64,000 nt of DNA from Macrostomum lignano. Taxonomy: Eukaryota. Where the stretch lies: contig NIVC01001920.1 in NCBI GenBank assembly GCA_002269645.1, forward strand, positions 1 to 64,000, in the 5' to 3' direction. The translations under genes and the position numbers were made by a program. Numbering within the stretch: position 1 is the first letter of the stretch; each line of letters opens with the position of its first letter. Positions 1-21,500 of the stretch are shown here, in pieces. The notes under the pieces are model-generated. The model was given only the letters and a program-made list of their open reading frames with translations, ran no database searches and was not told the DNA's origin.

Positions 1-653
1 TCCCTGACTCTCCCTATGTCCCTTGGATCCTTTAAAATTTCTATCGTTTCTTCTGTTTCCTCTCTCTCTCTCTTCTCTCCTCTCTTCTCTCATATCTTCC
101 TCATCTCTCTTCTCTTTCATCTCTCTTACTCTTCTCTCTTCTCTCTTCTCTCCTCTCTCCTGTCTCCTCTCTACTTTTCGTTTTCTCTCTCTCTCCTCTC
201 TCCTCTCTACTCTTTCGTTTTCTCTCTCTCTCCTCTCTCCTATCTTCTTTCGTATCTTCCCTCATCTCTCTTCTCTTTCATATCTCTTTATCTCATCCTC
301 CTTTCTTTTCTCTCCCTCTCCTCTCTCCTCTCATTTTCGTTTTCCTCTTCTCCTCTCTCTCCTCTCTCCCCCTCTTCTCTCGTCAATTCCTTCTCCTCTC
401 TATTCTTTTCTCTCTTCTGCTTAACTCTGTCTCCTCTCTCCTCTTTCCTCTCTCTCTCCTCTCCCCTCTTCTCTCGTCTCTTCTCTCACCTCTTTCCTCT
501 CTCTCTTTCTTCTCATCTCTTTTCTTGTTTTATCTCTTCTCTCTCCCCTCGTCACTCGTCTCTTCCCTCACCTCTCTTCTCTTGTCTGCGTTTTTATCTC
601 TCCTTTTCTTATTTTATCTTTTCTCTCTTATCTCTTCTCGTTTCTCTCTGCTC

Positions 654-729
<76 letters not shown>

Positions 730-1565
730 TCTCCTCTCCCATCTCTCTTCTCCCTCTACTCTCTCCCCTCTTCATTATCCTATTTCCTCTTCTCTCTCCC
801 TCTCTCCTCTCTCCTCTAGTCTGTAATCTCTTCTCTCTTATCTCTCCTCTTTCTCTTCTACTCTCCCATCTCTCGTCTGTTCACCCTTCATCTCTGCTCT
901 CTCATCTGTCATCTTTACTCTCTTAATACGTTCTCTCACTTATCTCCTCTGTATCTTTCTTTCACCTTTCTGACTCCTCTCTTTCCTTACTCCTCTCTTC
1001 TTTTCTCTTCCCTCTTCTATACTCTCTCTCCTCTATTATCTTCTCTCGTCTCTCTGCACTCTCCTCTCACCTTTTTCATCTCTCATCTTTACTCTCTCAT
1101 CTCTCCTTTCATCTGTCTCATCTCTACAATCTCATCTCTTTCCTCTTTCCTCCTCTTCCCTTTACTCTCTCATCTCTCCTTTCTCCCTCTTCTTACACCC
1201 CTATCTTATCTCTATCTCTTCTCTTCTCACCCCTTCTCTCACTCTCTTATCTCCTCTCTTTTCTATCCTTTCTACTCTCTCCTCTCTAATCTCTCCTCTC
1301 CTCTTGACCCTCTGTCATCTTCTTTCTGCTCTCTCATCTCACTCTCTTCTCACTCTTCTCTACTCTCCTCTCATCGATCCTCTGTCTCATATCTCCCCTC
1401 TTCTCACCTTTACTCTTTCCTCTCCCTCCTTTCTCCCTCCTCTCGCTTCTTCCTCCCTTCTTCTCTGCTCTCTCCTCACCACTTGTCTCTCCTCTTATCT
1501 TCCATGTTTTCTCTTATCCCCGTCTCGCCTCTCCTCTCTTCTAATAGTCTATTCCTTCTCCTTTC
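1..1565. repeat. CT-rich low-complexity tract with perfect (TC)n at about 658-726
   Basis: Almost pure pyrimidine; source of the Ser/Leu ORFs. Confidence 0.95.
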
Positions 1566-2359
1566 CACTCTCATCTGGCCCGCACATAAGCTGGATTCTT
1601 TATCTGGCTTTTGAAGTAAAAGTCTGCCGATCCCTGCTTCGAAAGCCAGTTTGTGGGACGTAGTACTCTCATCGTTATTCTCATGCTTTGATCACGTCAT
1701 CTTTCTTGCCAATTTGCAGCCCTGAAAGGAATTTGTGAATCTTCAGCTCCACTGCAGTCTGCATCAGTCTAACAACCAAGGAAATACGCACTTCTTAGGC
1801 CATTTAAATTTCAAAGTTTAAGAGAAACTTTAAGAGAAACTTAAAATTTCCATGGTGTGCCTAATTTAGTAGGGTTGTATTTCATTGCATCGCATCGCCT
1901 TTTCATAAATATTTCGCTTTTACAAACCATGCTGGATTGGCCTCGATTTACCAATTGCCATCCACTGTTAAACTGCTGCAGAGTTTGCCTATACAGAGGG
2001 GAGGCAGTGGTTAGAATTTCTCACTAAACTGTTATGGCTAAACGTAGACTCTCCACTCGGGGTACAGAGAAGGCTATTAAAAAAGTTATTCCAAAACACT
2101 GTACATTCGCTATGTACATTGAGCCCTATCGCCTGACCCTTCGTCTGGCTCTGGGGGAATGAGTGAGTGAGTGGCACAAACAACAGAAAAAGCAGACAAA
2201 CTTCACATGCTTACAGTTTCTTTTTCGGTTGAGTTACAGAGTTGAAACTTTACATTTAGATAGAGAATGAGTCAATGAAGAATTGTGTCAAGTTTGAAGT
2301 CAATCGCTTTACGTGGAGCAAACTTATGGCAGCTGAAAGTTAGTCAATTTTGAAACCCT

Positions 2360-2776
2360 TTTACACATCTGGGCCCAGATCGGTATCGGGAAAGAGAGGC
2401 AGGCGGGCGGAGGTTGGGGTGGTTGCTACGCTGAAAAAAACAGCCTAACTTTAAAAGCGCACAGCACCGCTCAGGATTAACTTTGATACTCGAAATTTTA
2501 CATGATTGTGCCAAAATAGTTAAAGATTATCAAAATAGTGTAAAGATTATCTGTGTCAAATTTGAAGAGAATCGGTAGAAGTGGAGCGGCGCTATGGAGG
2601 ATTTAGTGAAAAAATCGCGCATTTTGAGCAGTTTTTTGTACTTTTAGGTAGGAAGACTTGAGTCTAGGAAATTTAAAGGTAGCCTAAGACATTCTCCGTA
2701 GTAAGTTTAGGGTGGGTGTAAAGTTTGGTGTCATTTGGTTGAGCGGTTTGGGAGTCCATAGCGAAGTAATTTGTCC

Positions 2777-2809
<33 letters not shown>

Positions 2810-2832
2810 GTTTTGATTTTTATATGTATAGA
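2360..2832 (-). mobile_element. Helitron-like 5' fragment (3' end not located)
   Basis: Minus strand reads A|TCTATACATATAAAAAATCAAAACT(CTGT)n..ACCGCTCAACCAAATGACACCAAACTTT, resembling the heads at 16124 and 48996. The lower boundary is approximate. Confidence 0.5.
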
Positions 2833-3019
2833 TGTAGAGAAGAGATTTTTGCAATTGATCTTCAAACTTTTTTAATTTTAAAAGTTTTTATTTTTGAAGT
2901 TGATTTTTTGACCATTTTTTCTATAATGCTTTCTTATAAAATATTTTCAAGTTGTGTGTTCAATATCTTGCTGAGCATAAGCCATAGGTACATTCTGGTA
3001 TAACACTTATTTTTTTCAG

Positions 3020-11514
<8,495 letters not shown>

Positions 11515-12297
11515 ATTTTCTCTTGCAGCTCGAATGCTATTGAAATAACAAACTGCTTTGTCAATGACTGTTGAAAATTAATAATCCTACTGTTAGTGAT
11601 CTGTTAACTTTTTTTCTAGATTTTATTTCCAATTGTCAGTCATCTTTGCCAAAAATTTTAATAATTCTAACAGTTTTAGGTTAAACAGTTTTTCATTTCT
11701 AGAACAAGCGATTCGTACTACTAATCAACTGACTCGCTGCTTAAGTAGTCAGTTTCGATCAATTAGTGTATTTTTGCTTTATTTTTCAGCAAAGTTTTCA
11801 TCGCTTATTTCAACTCGTGGTGTGCGGTGCCCCAGCGTTCCTTTGTACTTTTAATCACTTAATCCTGGTATTTTACTTTATCTACGTTTTATGCGCACAG
11901 AACAATAGCACGAAGATGTTTCATTGAGTAAATACGCTTTCTGAATGATATCTGGCAGTAATATTTCATATTTAAGCATAACAACAAATATCGACTCCGA
12001 TTAGCTATGTGAATTCTCTCTGGCTTTTCTTTTTTAACTCTCCCTGCCCATTTATTTAACGCAGAACCAAAAATATGCTCTTTTTTTGTACTATTTAGTC
12101 AAAATATTAACTTTTTTACTGAATTAAAGTTTTCTTAACCGTATTTATTTGAATTTTTTGTCTGTATTAAATTCGATATAAATATAATTATCGACGAGAC
12201 TCGTACTAGTGACTTCTCCAAAGAAATTTGCTTTAAGTAGAACATTTTGTATTCCTCTTAGTTTTTAAATATAGAAAATTATAAGGTTGCGGTGAGT

Positions 12298-13400
12298 GGG
12301 GCTGGGGTGAAGGGGCTGGGGTGAAGGGGCTCGGGTGAAGAGGCTGGGGTGAAGGGGCTGGGGTGAAGGGGCTCGGGTGAAGGGGCTCGGGTGAAGAGGC
12401 TGGGGTGAAGGGGCTGGGGTGAAGGGGCTCGGGTGAAGGGGCTGGCGTGAAGGGGCTGGGGTGAAGGGGCTGGGGTGAGGGGGCTTAAGTGACTTGGGGC
12501 TGGGTTGAAGGGCTTGGGGGTGAAGGGGCTGGGATGATGGGGCTGGGGTGAAGGAGCTGGGGTGAAGGGGCTCGGGTGAAGGGGCTGGGGTGAAGGGCTC
12601 GGGTTAAGGGGCTGGGGTGAAGGGGCTGGGGTGAAGGGGCTGGGGTGAAGGGGCTCGGGTGAAGAGGCTGGGGTGAAGGGGCTGGGGTGAAGGGGCTCGG
12701 GTGAAGGGGCTGGGGTGAAGGGGCTGGGGTGAAGGGGCTGAGGTGAAGGGGCTGGGGTGAAGGGGCTGGGTGAAGGGGCTGGGTGAAGGAACTGGGGTGA
12801 AGGGGCTGGGGTGAAGGAGCTGGGGTGAAGGGGCTGGGGTGAAGGAGCTGGGGTGAAGGGGCTGGGTTGAAGGGCTTGGGGGTGAAGGGGCTGGGGGTGA
12901 AGGGGCTGGGGTGAGGGGGCTTAAGTGACTTGGGGCTGGGTTGAAGGGCTTGGGGGTGATGTGGCTGGGGTGAAGGAGCTGGAGTGAAGGAGCTGGGGTG
13001 AAGGGGCTCGGGTTAAGGGGCTGGGGTGAAGGGGCTGGGGTGAAGGGGCTGGGGTGAAGGAGCTGGGGTGAAGGGGCTGGGGTGAGGGGGCTTAAGTGAC
13101 TTGAGGCTGGGTTGAAGGGCTTGGGGGTGAAGGGGCTGGGGGTGAAGGGGCTGGGGTGAAGGGGCTGGGGTGAAGGGGCTGGGGTGAGGGGGCTTAAGTG
13201 ACTTGGGGCTGGGTTGAAGGGCTTGGGGGTGATGGGGCTGGGGTGAAGGAGCTGGAGTGAAGGGGCTGGGGTGAAGGGGCTCGGGTTAAGGGGCTGGGGT
13301 GAAGGGGCTGGGGTGAAGGGGCTGGGGTGAAGGGGCTGGGATGAAGGGGCTGGGGGAAGGGGCTGGGGTGAAGGGGCTGGGGGAAGGGGCTGGGGTGAAG
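12298..13400. repeat. 14-bp G-rich minisatellite (GGGGCTGGGGTGAA)
   Basis: Tandem G4 tracts with a recurring variant block GGGGGCTTAAGTGACTTGGGG. Confidence 0.97.
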
Positions 13401-13718
13401 AGAATAAACAGTCTGACGCTCAAAATTGATTTCTGAATTTCTGAAATTGATCTGGTTACGGCAGAGTGAGCAAGAATCTCAATGCCCCGCAAATGTGTTC
13501 TCTGTACACAAGAAGGCCAAAACTGGGCTCTCAGTGAACTTTAGAGATTTGCACAAAAATACCTTATTAAATTTTTCTAGCGATAAGGCGCCGATAGATT
13601 TGTTCACAAGAGACGAAAAGATCTGCAAGTGTCCAAAATTTTAAGCACTAGTTTTAATTAAAGTTCTCGCAGACCGCAGCAGGAGCGAAAGCCCTCAGCA
13701 ACCCAACGGTGCAGGCAA

Positions 13719-15493
13719 ATGAAGTTCGACGAGCTGCTAGCGAAAATCGGCGGTTTTGGCCGATTTCAAAGAATTCAGTTCGGCCTGGTCGTGGTGCCGA
13801 TCATGTTCATCGGCATGAACCAGTTGGACTTGTTCTTCCTGGTCAGCACGCCCGGCCACCGCTGCCTGCTGGACAATGACACTGTGAACTACCTGCGTCA
13901 GTCACCGAATTACACTACTCAAGCTGAGCTGGAGTCCGCTGCTCTGGAGCCCGGCAGTGCGTGCAGCAGGCTGGTGTTGAACTTGTCGGAGGCCTGCCTG
14001 CAGCCGGCGGACGGTGGCGCCGGACTGACCTACGCCTGCCGGGCGCTCGGCGTCGAAGACTGCCTCGATGGACGTCGCTTTGGCAATGAGTTCGGCGCCA
14101 CGGTGGTGACCGAGGTGGCTATATAGGCCGGGTTAATGTTTGCTTTGAGTGGAACTCTTAAAAATCGAAAGTATCCGTATTAACTATTTTTGAGGCGATT
14201 AATTCTCTGTACTCTTCCTTTGAGGTGATTAATTCTCTGTACTCTTCCTTTGAGGTGATTAATTCTCTGTACTCTTCCTTTGAGGTGATTAATTCTCTGT
14301 ACTCTTCCTTTGAGGTGATTAATTCTCTGTACTCTTCCTTTGAGGTGATTAATTCTCTGTACTCTTCCTTTGAGGTGATTAATTCTACAAACCTAAGAAG
14401 TTCTCTAATACAAGAGAAGAAATTCCCCCAAGCTCCAGATTGTGAGATGCTCCCTATTGGAGACGAGAAATTCCCCCAAGCTCTGGATAGTGAGATGCTC
14501 TCTATTGGAGACGAGAAATTCCCCCAAGCTCTAGATAGTGAGATGCTCTCTATTGGAGACGAGAAATTCCCCCAAGCTCTAGATAGTGAGATGCTCTCTA
14601 TTGGAGACGAGAAATTCCCCCAAGCTCTAGATAGTGAGATGCTCTCTATTGGAGACGAGAAATTCCCCCAAGCTCTAGATAGTGAGATGCTCCCTATTGG
14701 AGACGAGAAATTCCCCCAAGCTCTGGATAGTGAGATGCTCTCTATTGGAGACGAGAAATTCCCCCAAGCTCTAGATAGTGAGATGCTCCCTATTGGAGAC
14801 GAGAAATTCCCCCAAGCTCTGGATAGTGAGATGCTCTCTATTGGAGACGAGAAATTCCCCCAAGCTCTAGATAGTGAGATGCTCTCTATTGGAGACGAGA
14901 AATTCCCCCAAGCTCTAGATAGTGAGATGCTCTCTATTGGAGACGAGAAATTCCCCCAAGCTCTAGATAGTGAGATGCTCTCTATTGGAGACGAGAAATT
15001 CCCCCAAGCTCTAGATAGTGAGATGCTCCCTATTGGAGACGAGAAATTCCCCCAAGCTCTGGATGGATGGAGAAATTCCCCAAGGCAGCAGAAGCCCCCG
15101 CAATATTTAATAGATTCGCTACCACGACCCGCAGTTCGATCTGGTCTGCGAGCAGTCCATAGTGGCCACCGTTGTCAAGAGTCTGACCTTTGTTGGCCCA
15201 TTCATTGGCGGCATCGCTTTCGGCCAATTGTCGGATAGGTCTGCTTAATTGTCATATGCATCCCGTGTTTACTGACTTGTTATTGACAATAGCAGGATGA
15301 AATTGTCGCAAACTTAGCACAAAATATTCTTCAAAGTTGTGGCACCCTGACATCCAAATCAATCAATCAACAAATTAACAAATCAACCCACCAATCAAGC
15401 AGTCAATCAATCAATCAGTCAATAAACCAATCAATTAATCAACACACCAATCAATCAGTCAATCAACCAATCAATCAACCAATCAATCAAAAC

Positions 15494-15538
<45 letters not shown>

Positions 15539-18500
15539 CCAACCAGTCAATCAATCAATCAATCATCCAATCAACCAACGCTAAGCCCAGGTTCGGCCGT
15601 CGCACAGCCTTCATAGCCGGTTCAACCCTGATGCTGCTGGTCAGTGTGACAGCATCGTTCTCAGTCAGCGTGCACATGTTTGCCGCAGTGCTGTTTGTCC
15701 GCACCTTCCTTGTCAAAGGATTGTTGCTTGTCGCGCTGTGTCTGAGTGAGTGACCCGCTAGGTATTCTGGGCAGGGAAATATAGTCAGAAGAGATAACTT
15801 TATGAACCAGTTAAACATCAGTTGTCGGTTCTATTGGTTCCTATTTGTTTGTCCTGGATTTTTGGTTACACCTGGTCTGTATCTGATCGATATCTAATCT
15901 ATATCTGATCTATATCTGATCTATATCTAATCTATATCTAATCTATATCTGATCTATATCTAATCTATATCTGATCTATATCTGATCTATATCTGATCTA
16001 TATCTGATCTATATCTGGTTTTATATCTAAATATACTAAATCTCTAAGGTTTGTTTGTATGCTTGTCCATAACGCTCTAGAGATTGCAATTCTTCACCGA
16101 TTTTGATCGCGTTTTCGCCAAAATCCTATATACTAAAAATGAAAATCTTGCTTGTTTGTACGCAATCGATTAGAGAAAAAATGGCTGGACCGATTTTCTT
16201 CGAACTTGCACTGTTCGATCAGAAATTTTCCCGTGACGGTACATGCATCGTGGCTAAGAAATTGCTCCATGTTAAAGCGATTAAATATTCGAAAAACATG
16301 CTTTTTTGCAAAGGTCAAGCAAACTTTTCGACTTGAAATGCATTGTAATAATGCTAGAGAAAAAACTGACTGGTTGAATTCTGATTCTGAAATAGATTGC
16401 ATCATCACTGAATTGTAACTCCGACTTGAATTGAAAATGTAGTGTGGAAGCGTAGCACCAGACTTGATTTAAATTGCGTAACCATATTGTTAACTGATAC
16501 TGACTGACTGAGAAACTGATTATGTCATAACTGCCTCGTGTGATTTACTCTATGCTTGGATTTTAAAGTGTTGAATTATATAAGTGCAAAATTTGATGTT
16601 ATCAAAACGATGAGAGCTAGCCTAGAGGTGAACAAGCTGAACTGCCAAATGCAGCGACGATGGTTCGAATTTTCATAGAGTATAATTTTTTTAATTAAAG
16701 CTTTTCAACTTCAGGAAAACTAAAAGACTTTTTAAAAAGAAGCGTCATGTAAAAAATCATAGAAGTGTCATGTAAACAATCATAGAAGCGCCATGTAAAA
16801 AATCGTAAAAGCGTTATATAAAAATCATAGAAGCGTAATGTAAAAAATCATAGAAGCGTCATGTAAACAATCATAGAAGCGTCATGTAAAAAATCATAGA
16901 AGCGTCATGAAAAAATCATAGAAGCGTCATGTAAAAAATCATAGAAGCGTCATGTAAACAATCATAGAATCGCCATGTAAAAATCGTAAAAGCGTTATAT
17001 AAAAATCATGGAAGTGTAATGTAAAAAATCATAGAAGCGTCATGTAAACAATCATAGAAGCGTCATGTAAAAAATCATAGAAGCGTCATGAAAAAATCAT
17101 AGAAGCGTCATGTAAACAATCATAGAAGCGTCATGCAAACAATCATAGAAGCGTCATGTAAAAATCATAGAAGCGTCATGAAAAAATCATAGAAGCGTCA
17201 TGTAAACAATCATAGAAGCGTCATGCAAACAATCATAGAAGCGTCATGTAAAAGTCAAAAAAAGCGTCATAAAAAATCATAGAAGCGTCATGAAAAAATC
17301 ATAGAAGCGTCATGAAAAAATAATAAAAGCGTCATGTAATAATCATAGAAGCGTCATGCAAAAATCATAGAAGCGTCATGAAAAAATCATAGAAGCGTCA
17401 TGTAAAAATCATAGAACCGTCATGTAAACAATCATAGTAGCGTCATTAAAAATCATAGAAGCGTCATGCAAACAATCATAGTAGCGTCATGTAAACAATC
17501 ATAGAAGCGTCATGCAGACAATCATAGTAGCGTCATTTAAAAAATCATAGAAGCGTCATGTAAACAATCATAGAAGCGTCATGTAAAAGTCAAAATAGCG
17601 TCATAAAAAATCATAGAAGCGTCATAAAAAATCATCGAAGTGACATGAAAAAATCATAGAAGCGTAATGTAAAAAATCATAGAAGCGTCATGAAAAAATC
17701 ATTGAAGTGACATGAAAAAACCATTAATGCGTCATGTAAAAAATCATGGAAGCGTCATGCAAAAATCATAGAAGCGTCATGAAAAAATCATAGAAGCGTC
17801 ATGTAAACAATCATAGAAGCGTCATGTAAAAATCATAGAAGCGTCATGTAAAAAATCATAGAAGCGTCATGTAAACAATCATAGAAGCGTCATGTAAACA
17901 ATCATAGAAGCGTCATGAAAAAATCATAGAAGCGTCATGTAAAAAAAGCATAAAAGCGTCATGTAAAAAATCATAGAAGCGTCATGTAAACAATCATAGA
18001 AGCGTCATAAAAAAACCATAGAAGCGTCATGTAAACAAGCATAGAAGCGTCATGTAAACAATCATAGAAGCGTCATGTAAACAATCATAGAAGCGTCATG
18101 TAAACAATCATAGAAGCGTCATGTAAACAATCATAGAAGCGTCATGTAAAAATCATAGAAGCGTCATGTAAAAAAATCATAGAAGCGTCATGTAAACAAG
18201 CATAGAAGCGTCATGTAAAAATCAAAGAAGCGTCATGTAAACAATCATAGAAGCGTCATGTAAACAATCATAGAAGCGTCATAAAAAAACCATAGAAGCG
18301 TCATGTAAACAATCATAGAAGCGTCATAAAAAAACCATAGAAGCGTCATGTAAACAAGCATAGAAGCGTCATGTAAACAATCATAGAAGCGTCATGTAAA
18401 CAATCATAGAAGCGTCATGTAAACAAGCATAGAAGCGTCATGTAAAAATCATAGAAGCGTCATGTAAACAATCATAGAAGCGTCATGTAAACAATCATAG

Positions 18501-21500
18501 AAGCGTCATGTAAACAATCATAGAAGCGTCATGTAAAAATCATAGAAGCGTCATGTAAAAAATCATAGAAGCGTCATGTAAACAAGCATAGAAGCGTCAT
18601 GTAAAAATCAAAGAAGCGTCATGTAAACAATCATAGAAGCGTCATGTAAACAATCATAGAAGCGTCATTAAAAAACCATAGAAGCGTCATGTAAACAATC
18701 ATAGAAGCGTCATAAAAAAACCATAGAAGCGTCATGTAAACAAGCATAGAAGCGTCATGTAAACAATCATAGAAGCGTCATGTAAACAATCATAGAAGCG
18801 TCATGTAAAAAATCATAGAAGCGTCATGTAAACAATCATAGAAGCGTCATGTAAACAATCATAGAAGCGTCATGTAAAAAATCATAGAAGCGTCATGTAA
18901 ACAATCATAGAAGCGTCATGTAAACAATCATAGAAGCGTCATGTAAACAATCATAGAAGAGTCATGTAAACAATCATAGAAGCGTCATGTAAACAATCAT
19001 AGAAGCGTCATGTAAAAAATCATAGAAGCGTCATGTAAACAATCATAGAAGCGTCATGTAAAAATCATAGAAGCGTCATGTAAACAAGCATAGAAGCGTC
19101 ATGTAAAAAATCATAAAAGCGTCATGTAAAAAATCATAAAAGCGTCATTTAAAAAATCATAGTTGCGTCATGTAAAAATCATAGAAGCGTCATGCAAACA
19201 ATAATAGAAGCGTCATGGTAAAATCATAGAAGCGTCATGCAAACAATCATAGAAGCCTCATATAAAAACTAATGAAAGTGTCATTTAAAAAATTAAGAAG
19301 AATAATGGAAGAATAAAAGAAGCGTCATGTAAAAATCAAAAGAAGCGCCATGTCAGACATGAAAGGTGTCATATAAAAATTAAATGAAGCTATAGTACAG
19401 TGCTGTGCTGGGGAGAATTACTGAGACGTCAAGGCTCACAGAGAATAACTGAGATTACAGGTGGGGGGGGTTTCTGAGATGTCAAAGCAAAAGTCAGAAG
19501 CTACTTCAAAGTTCATGTACTTTACTCAATTTTTATTACATTCATTGTTGGCTCGCCACAGGGGGGGCGCTGATAGAAGCAGAGTCATGTAAAAAATAAA
19601 AGTAGCACTATGTATACATATAAGAAAAGTCATGTCGAAGTTAAAAGATTCATTTGGGAATTGCTACGATGTCAAAGCTTGGTGGAAATCGTTATAGTGC
19701 TGTGATTCTTAAAGAAGGAATCACTAAAATGTCAAGGCTTAGGGGAGAAGAATTGCTGAGATTTCAAGGCTTTAGGTTGGGTTAAAGTTAGGTTTAGGTC
19801 AGGTGTGGGTTGAGGGTTATATTTTATCGGGTTTCAAGGTTAACAGGGGATTTTTTTAGATTTCAAGATTTATGGGGGGCATCGCTGACATGTCAAGGCT
19901 TACGGGGGAATAGCTGAGATGTCAAGGCTCACGGGGGTATAAATGAGATTTCAAGGCTAAAGTCAGAAGCTACATGTAGTTTAATGAAAACTTTTTATTA
20001 CAATTTTTGTTGGCTCCTCAGGGCTCACTGATAGAAAAAGCATAATGTAAAAAATAAAAGAAGCTTCATGTCGAAGCGAAGAGATTCATTTGGGAATCCC
20101 TACGAGGGAATCGCTATAACGCTGTAGTAGTGCTATAATGACTCAGAATTACTGAAATTTCAATGCTTTAGGGTTAGGTTAGGGTTAGGGTTAGGGTTAG
20201 GGTTAGGCTAGGGTTAGGGTTAGGGTTAGGCTAGGGTTAGGGTTAGAAGGTTGACAGATTTTTTTAGACTTCAAGGCTTATTTGGGGCATCGCTGAGATG
20301 TCAAGGGGGGAGTTGATTTGTTAAAGCTTGTGGGGGGAATTACTGACATTTCAAGGCTTACAAGGGACTTCTGAGGTATATTGCAAAGAGATGCTACATG
20401 TAGTTTATTACAAAACTTGTACTGTATTTTTGGCTCCCTAACGCTAAGATACTAAGCTAAAAAATACTACTAGCTCTTCACAAACTTATGCAGATGTCAG
20501 GCTGTAGGTTTAGTGTTAGGGTTGGTATTAGGGTTTAGGTTTAGGGTTAGGTTCAGGGTTATTGCGTTAAGATTCGGGTTAGGGTTAGGGTTAGGGTAGC
20601 TTAAAACTTGGCTCATTTAGCTTATTAAAAATGTTTATCATGGAAGCATCATGCAAAAATAATGGAAGCGTCATGCAAAAACAATGGAAGCGTCATGCCA
20701 AAAATCATAGAAGCATCGATCATGCAAAAACTCATGGACAAAATATTGAATTTAGGGTTTTGGTTAGGGTTAGAATTTTGACAGGAGATTTTTTAAGATT
20801 TCAAGGCTACATGTAGCTTATTAAAAATACGTGTATTGCATTTCTTTGGCTCCCCAACGGGGGGCGTAGATTGCTAGTCTGATCTATATCTGATCTATAT
20901 CTGAACTATATCTAATCTATATCTGAACTATATCTAATCTATATCTGATCTATATCTGATCTATATCTAATCTATATCTGATCTATATCTAATCTATATC
21001 TAATCTATATCTGATCTATATCTAATCTATATCTAATCTATATCTGATCTATATCTAATCTATATCTAATCTATATCTGATCTATATCTAATCTATATAT
21101 AATCTATATCTAATCTATATCTAATCTATATCTGATCTATATCTGATGTATATCTGATCTATATCTAATCTATATCTGATCTATATCTAATCTATATCTA
21201 ATCTATATCTGATCTATATCTAATCTATATCTGATCTATATCTGAACTATATCTAATCTAAATCTGATCTATATCTGATCTATATCTGATCTATCTTTCT
21301 CCGAACTATTCCCAATCTCTCTTATCATTAAAATTCTCAAATACTAATTTTATCCACAGTATACTCGTATAACTTCTACTCGTTCTTTCACTTAAAATTT
21401 TTTACAGTCCATTTTTAATGATTTTCATTTCAGCCATCGAAGGCGTTGACAGGCAGCATCGAAACTCGCTAGCCTACCTGCGGAACATGCTGCGGCCAGC

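Larger units (their letters stand above)
16026..20877 (+). mobile_element. Non-autonomous Helitron-like composite element (about 4.85 kb) carrying a minisatellite and TTAGGG runs
   Basis: 5' end A|TCTAAATATACTAA..GTTTGTTTGT..ACCGATTTT, with a second similar head at 16124. 3' end is a GC hairpin (GCTCCCCAACGGGGGGC) then TAGATTGCTAG|T. The 3' end is shared with the element ending at 50000. Confidence 0.7.

Noticed and set aside
1566-3019. First coding exon of PCYT2
   Set aside because: No WCDG/xDGC-encoding segment with a suitable donor was found; presumed upstream of the window.
20168-20772. TTAGGG runs as a relic chromosome-fusion site
   Set aside because: Runs are short, all in one orientation (no head-to-head junction), and embedded in TE-like modules.
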